Shown here: in pieces, positions 59,321 to 64,000 of the stretch
Numbering within the stretch: the first letter of the stretch is position 1
Layout of the letters: each line of letters opens with the position of its first letter
Origin: Myxococcota bacterium
GTDB taxonomy: Bacteria > Myxococcota_A > Bradymonadia > UBA7976 > UBA1532
Length of the DNA: 64,000 nucleotides
Assembly: GCA_036337435.1 (NCBI GenBank)
Contig: JAYZEG010000010.1
Span: 1-64,000 of the forward strand
Direction of reading: 5' to 3'
Translations under genes and position numbers: made by a program
The notes under the pieces: generated by a model
Told to the model about the DNA's origin: nothing
Databases searched by the model: none
The model's input: the letters and a program-made list of their open reading frames with translations, nothing else

Positions 59321-61768
59321 ATGAAACGATACGTACTCTTCCTTTTGACAACCGCCCTCATCACCGGGTGCATCGAATCACGGACATCCTCGGTCGACCC
59401 TGGAGAGAGTGCCGACTCGGCGACAACGGATACAGGTGGAGACGGTCAAGACGGCGCATCCAATATGCCCGTTGATGCGAGTGTGGACGCCGTGCCAACA
59501 AATGGCTGCGAGATAGAGGCCGATTGCCCTGCCGGGTCTGATTGCGTAGACGGACAGTGTACGGACCCTGAATGTCTAGATGACGACCAATGCACAGCCT
59601 TCGTTCAGGGCTGTGTCGAAGGCGCTTGTCGGGACAGATGCGTTGGACCCGGCACGTGTTTTAGGGGGGGACAATGTCAAGATGGCTTCTGCCTTCCGCC
59701 TGAATGCGAGTCGGACGCCGCATGTGATGAGAACCGATTTTGCCGCGATGGACGTTGCGTCGATATCGCCAGCTGTGAGGCCGATTCGGAATGTGGTCCC
59801 GATGAGCGTTGCGTCGAGAATTTATGTGAGGCTCTTCCTGACTGTGTTGGCGACAGAGAATGTGCCGAGAATGCCATTTGTGAAAGCGGTCGTTGTCGCC
59901 CTCAGAGCGCATGTTCGTCAGACAATGACTGTGAGGGGGACGAGGATTGCGTAGGCGGCCGTTGCGTTCCGACGGTCTGCCGGGGCGCCAGCGATTGCGC
60001 CCCGGACCAAGCGTGCTGGGACGGCCGTTGCGTGGACAACACGATCCTCGAAATTGAAACCATTGCGATTACCAACTACCCGCGTGTCATCAGGGTTAAT
60101 GCAGCTCCCTCGGCCTTGAATGCCGTCGCGCTCGACATACGCGGCGATGTGGTTCCAATCGCAGCAGAACGATTTTCATGGCGCTCGAACGATGAGGCCG
60201 TGCTTTCGTTCAATGACCGGGGTCTGCTCCGTCCAGTCCAAGTTGGCACAGCTGAGGTGGTCGCCTCGTTCACTCTTAACTCTGGTGATGTCGTCGACAG
60301 TCCGCCTGTATCTATTCGAGTGATTCCGAGCCGAATGGACGAAGTCCAACCGGATCAGATGACCCTCCGCATTGTGGATGCCGACGACGGGCGCTCGGTA
60401 GGTGGGTCCGTGATTGTCTACGGTGATCAAGAGGTGACGGTGGATGAGACGGGTGTCGCAATACTTGACGTCATCGAAGACGTCATCCCGATGCACGTGT
60501 TCTCTAACGATCATGATTATTTCACCGTGGTCGCGACACTTGAGAGTGATTCGTACGTGATTCCTTTACGCCGTCGAAGCTCTAATTCACGCATCGCCGG
60601 TATGTCCGGAGCTGTAGACTTCAGCGATATTCAAACCGAGGGAGGCGTCGATATCAGTCTTTCGGGGCCTTCCGTAGGTCAGCGGATGTCTGACCTGTCG
60701 TTCAATAGCTTGCTCGGCCCCACTTTCAATGTCGCCATCAATGCGGGACCCGCCAGTTTCGACATCCCAATCCCAAGTGGTGTGACGTTAGCCGCCGATG
60801 TACCGATCATCGGTCGAATCGAAGCCAAAAGTGATTTCTACGGAACGACAGAGCCAGGCATCCGACTGGCCTGGTCACTGGCTGGTCGAATAGATATTGG
60901 CCGACTCACTCAACTGGCACAAGGAGGTGACGGAGGTGCTGTGGGACAAGTCCTCGCGGCGATTCTTCCGTATTTTGAGACGTTTCAGCATGGACTGAGG
61001 GTCGGAGAGCGATTGGTCGCACTCCCCCAAGTCCCCGACGAAAATGATCTCGATGGTGATGGTGACGTCAATGAACTTAGACCGGATTATGACCGATTCC
61101 CCGTGCTCAATATCCGGCCAAACCAGGCTCAAGACCTGCGGTTGACCATCGATGTCAGTAACATATTTGTCCCTGAAGACCTATTGATCGTCTTTTCTGG
61201 TGTCACACTGCCAGGCATTGGTTTTGTGCCGTTGGGTGTGACGGCGGCGGACGAACCGGGGGAATACCCGGCCCGGATGGCCGCACCGTATGGTGGTCTG
61301 GAAGTGGGTATCCCGACATTTGTTGGCTTGTCTGCTCGTTTCGGCGATGGCCAGACCTTACCTGAGTCTCTGACAATTCATGTCCAGCGCAGTGACGATT
61401 TGAGGATTCCCAATCAGGTGGCCTTTGCGGCAGCACCCGTAACACGCCCTGAGATTGCAGAATGGAACAGCGTCATGCGCTCATTCGACGGTGCAGGTTC
61501 AGACGCATCGGATGCACACCGACTCGTACTCTTCGGTCCGGACGGTCGATGGGATGTTTACTTTGGTCCAAACGCCGATACTCAAATTAACCTGCCCTTT
61601 CCACCCGACGGGTACGATGACCTCGCCGCTGGCCCGGAACGACGCTTCGAGGCTCTCCAGTTCTCTGAAGACGTCCAACAAACGCTCAGTGAACTGTTCC
61701 GATTCGAAGGCAGAGGCATCAGTCAACTCGACGATCTACTGAGAACGATTGGCAAGCGGACACTCTAA
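59321..61768 (+). CDS. Cys-rich repeat lipoprotein with an Ig-like (Big_2) domain
   Basis: Lipobox ITGC; about eight CxxDxxC..C.xG.C repeats; FSWRSNDEAVLSF..G..GTAEV. Confidence 0.85.
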   Translation: MKRYVLFLLTTALITGCIESRTSSVDPGESADSATTDTGGDGQDGASNMPVDASVDAVPTNGCEIEADCPAGSDCVDGQCTDPECLDDDQCTAFVQGCVEGACRDRCVGPGTCFRGGQCQDGFCLPPECESDAACDENRFCRDGRCVDIASCEADSECGPDERCVENLCEALPDCVGDRECAENAICESGRCRPQSACSSDNDCEGDEDCVGGRCVPTVCRGASDCAPDQACWDGRCVDNTILEIETIAITNYPRVIRVNAAPSALNAVALDIRGDVVPIAAERFSWRSNDEAVLSFNDRGLLRPVQVGTAEVVASFTLNSGDVVDSPPVSIRVIPSRMDEVQPDQMTLRIVDADDGRSVGGSVIVYGDQEVTVDETGVAILDVIEDVIPMHVFSNDHDYFTVVATLESDSYVIPLRRRSSNSRIAGMSGAVDFSDIQTEGGVDISLSGPSVGQRMSDLSFNSLLGPTFNVAINAGPASFDIPIPSGVTLAADVPIIGRIEAKSDFYGTTEPGIRLAWSLAGRIDIGRLTQLAQGGDGGAVGQVLAAILPYFETFQHGLRVGERLVALPQVPDENDLDGDGDVNELRPDYDRFPVLNIRPNQAQDLRLTIDVSNIFVPEDLLIVFSGVTLPGIGFVPLGVTAADEPGEYPARMAAPYGGLEVGIPTFVGLSARFGDGQTLPESLTIHVQRSDDLRIPNQVAFAAAPVTRPEIAEWNSVMRSFDGAGSDASDAHRLVLFGPDGRWDVYFGPNADTQINLPFPPDGYDDLAAGPERRFEALQFSEDVQQTLSELFRFEGRGISQLDDLLRTIGKRTL

Positions 61769-61838
61769 CGCAGCTGCGCAGTCCCGTGCGTCATCAAACC
61801 GCAAATCGGCGTTCTTCTGCTCGGGTTCTTGATTTAAG

Positions 61839-62735
61839 TCAACTCAGTTTCTGGTCGGCCATCCGCAATGCTGTTGCAGCATTCGCCAGGGAGGCTACGG
61901 CCTCTGGCCAATGTTCGTCGACAAGGGCAGACCATGCACGACTTACGTTTCTTTCACCCGCTGAGAACGGACCGAAAGCCTCGGCAAAAGCGGCTAAACC
62001 GATTTCAGCTTGCAGTCTGTATCTTGCGTCCACGATGGGCTGAAAATGAGAGAGCGCAAGACGCTCAATCTCTTGCCTGATCTCGTCAGCACAGGCGATT
62101 GTTGGCGATTGATTCTCCTTGACCCGCTCGGCTAAGCCGCCGACTTGTTCGGCTACCTCGGTTACCATTACGCGGACATTGACTGCGCTGATCGAACCCG
62201 AACCGGACTCGGTGCCCGATCCAGTTAATTCTGCTTTTTTAACACGTCGGGCGATCAGCGCGCCGATTACGATGAAAAATAATCCAGCACCGAAGCCCGC
62301 ACCACTGTCTGTGACCCAAGAGGCCAATCTAAGGTTCGGTCCTGGTTTTTCTAGAAAAGCGATTTTAGTTTTCTGTGCTAAGGCCGACCGCCTTGCATCT
62401 AGCCAACTGCGGCGGAGGGCATCTAATTTGGCATCACTGTGTCGCTTGAGAGATGCGACGTATTCGTCATGCTGAGCGATCAATGCAGTTAAATAAGCGG
62501 ATTGGGACGTGTAGTCCTTGGTGAGTGGGTCGGCAGGTATTTTATGGCTGGACGCATCTTTTCCCTCTGCGTTTTTAAGTGCCACCTCATATTTTGATTT
62601 GAGCGTGGACAACTCGTAACTCAGAAGTTGACCCTGTTCTTTTTTCATCTCATACATCGGCTGACTCAATTGAGCCCCGAATGCGGCACATAAACCAACG
62701 CCGATAGCGAAAAGACCTGTCCCTAAATGCTTCAT
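61839..62735 (-). CDS. Hypothetical membrane protein
   Basis: Two hydrophobic segments; GERNVSRAWSALVD motif; co-transcribed with the OPT gene. Confidence 0.7.
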   Translation of the reverse strand: MKHLGTGLFAIGVGLCAAFGAQLSQPMYEMKKEQGQLLSYELSTLKSKYEVALKNAEGKDASSHKIPADPLTKDYTSQSAYLTALIAQHDEYVASLKRHSDAKLDALRRSWLDARRSALAQKTKIAFLEKPGPNLRLASWVTDSGAGFGAGLFFIVIGALIARRVKKAELTGSGTESGSGSISAVNVRVMVTEVAEQVGGLAERVKENQSPTIACADEIRQEIERLALSHFQPIVDARYRLQAEIGLAAFAEAFGPFSAGERNVSRAWSALVDEHWPEAVASLANAATALRMADQKLS

Positions 62736-62744
62736 CAAGAACTC

Positions 62745-64000
62745 CTAAGCAGCCGTGAGGCCCATGATCATGGCGGCAACGAGATTGGTCACGGCCTCTC
62801 CGATAATAAATCCAGCAGCGATGGGGACGAGCGTAGAGCCAATCCATTCTTGGCCTTTTGTCCGGGTGAGGTAAATGGAGCCCAAGCAGCCGATGCCGTA
62901 GGTAAGCGTAATTGAAAACGGCAGATACATCGCAAGTCCGATCAAAACCCCCAGACCGGGTACAGGGAAAAGGCCGAGGCCTAAACCGATGGCAGCACCA
63001 CCCAAATATTTATCCAAGGGAGCAGCGCCTTCACCAAGACTCTTGATCACCTGCGCAAGTGCGTCCCCTTGAGGTGCACTGAGCTCCGGATTGATGTCGG
63101 AACCGAAGCCGACACTGTTCCAGAGAAAAAATAACACGCCGACGGCCACCGGAACACCAAGCCAACCTACCGCAAATTGAGCCAGCTGCTGTTTTCGAGG
63201 TTGGGCCCCGACCAAATGTCCGGCTTTCAAATCGCCCATCATGTCGGCACATTGCCCAATACCGACACAAACCGCGACACCGAGAATAATGGCCGAGACG
63301 GCATTGCCTCCGGACATAAAGAACATCAAGGTGACACCGATGAGTGACATGCCCGAGAGAGGGGATATATCGGTCATGCCCGTGGCCTGAGCAACGATTA
63401 AACCCGCGAGGGCGAGCCAAATTGTCCCGACAACGGCAATACCGATTCCCTGACCGACAGTGATATCGGGACTCGATGTCATCGCGGCAAAATAGAGGAT
63501 AACAACCGACCCAATCATGCCCGCATAAAGAACACGACTGCTGAGTTCTTCACTTCCCCCCTGACCCCCTGCTTTTGCGGCCTGTGACAAACTCTTGATG
63601 GCACTCTTCAATGCAGGAAAACTGGCCACCACACCTGCAAATGCACCGCCAATGAGCACGCCGATGCCCAGTGGTCGAAGCATCTCACCGTATAAAACTT
63701 GATTGCTCCACGCCTCATGCCCAGCCCAATCTGGGGCGGTGAGGGCGGCTTGACTTGGAACCCAGCCGAGTCCGATGGCAATGGGACTGATAAGCCACCA
63801 CGCGAGAACGCCACCGAAGACAAAAGGCAGGCCACCAGAACCAGATAGAAGGCCAGCTCCGAGGCTTGCAAAACTCACATACACGACCAACGGGATTGAC
63901 ATAGGAAGCCCAAGTGGCCCCCCGATATCGATTTCATCAGGTAGCATTTTCACGTTGCATAGAATATGAATCGTGGTCGCCAGAACAACGCCAATGGCCA
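62745..64000 (-). CDS. OPT/YSL family oligopeptide transporter, 5' part outside the window
   Basis: Frame is open to the right edge; TDISPLSG, ADMMGDLKAGHLVGAQPRKQQ, APQ, GLAMYLP, AAGFIIGEA. Confidence 0.9.
   Translation of the reverse strand, partial: AIGVVLATTIHILCNVKMLPDEIDIGGPLGLPMSIPLVVYVSFASLGAGLLSGSGGLPFVFGGVLAWWLISPIAIGLGWVPSQAALTAPDWAGHEAWSNQVLYGEMLRPLGIGVLIGGAFAGVVASFPALKSAIKSLSQAAKAGGQGGSEELSSRVLYAGMIGSVVILYFAAMTSSPDITVGQGIGIAVVGTIWLALAGLIVAQATGMTDISPLSGMSLIGVTLMFFMSGGNAVSAIILGVAVCVGIGQCADMMGDLKAGHLVGAQPRKQQLAQFAVGWLGVPVAVGVLFFLWNSVGFGSDINPELSAPQGDALAQVIKSLGEGAAPLDKYLGGAAIGLGLGLFPVPGLGVLIGLAMYLPFSITLTYGIGCLGSIYLTRTKGQEWIGSTLVPIAAGFIIGEAVTNLVAAMIMGLTAA

Overview
64 kb of gene-dense bacterial chromosome with moderate GC (roughly 50-55%, by eye). 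It most likely comes from a Myxococcota-type deltaproteobacterium, judging from the MYXO-CTERM/MtsC-like protein, the TonB-fused TonB-dependent receptor plus lipoprotein pair, Cys-rich lipoproteins, and membrane Ser/Thr kinase and FHA proteins. It holds about 45 CDSs, mostly secreted or lipoprotein hydrolases, transporters and scattered housekeeping genes (pfkA, ppgK, hemH, ttcA). Two CDSs run off the window edges; the left one is absent from the ORF track. I saw no rRNA, tRNA, IS, prophage or CRISPR-Cas. The most interesting signals are non-coding. (1) A near-consensus sigma54 promoter at 54511-54526 precedes a non-coding array of three conserved hairpins with C-rich loops. They show compensatory base changes and alternate with unrelated long hairpins, like a Pxr-type polycistronic sRNA. 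(2) A solo, terminator-ended candidate sRNA at about 45507-45617 has a similar C-rich loop. (3) A 22-bp palindromic operator occurs three times: in front of a chlorophyllase-like fusion lipoprotein, a YihQ-like GH31/AKR pair and a TauD/PfkA pair. There is also a frameshifted Prx5 pseudogene and a pirin with two plausible in-frame starts (Tat-lipoprotein versus cytoplasmic). All calls come from reading motifs by eye; no database searches were run.
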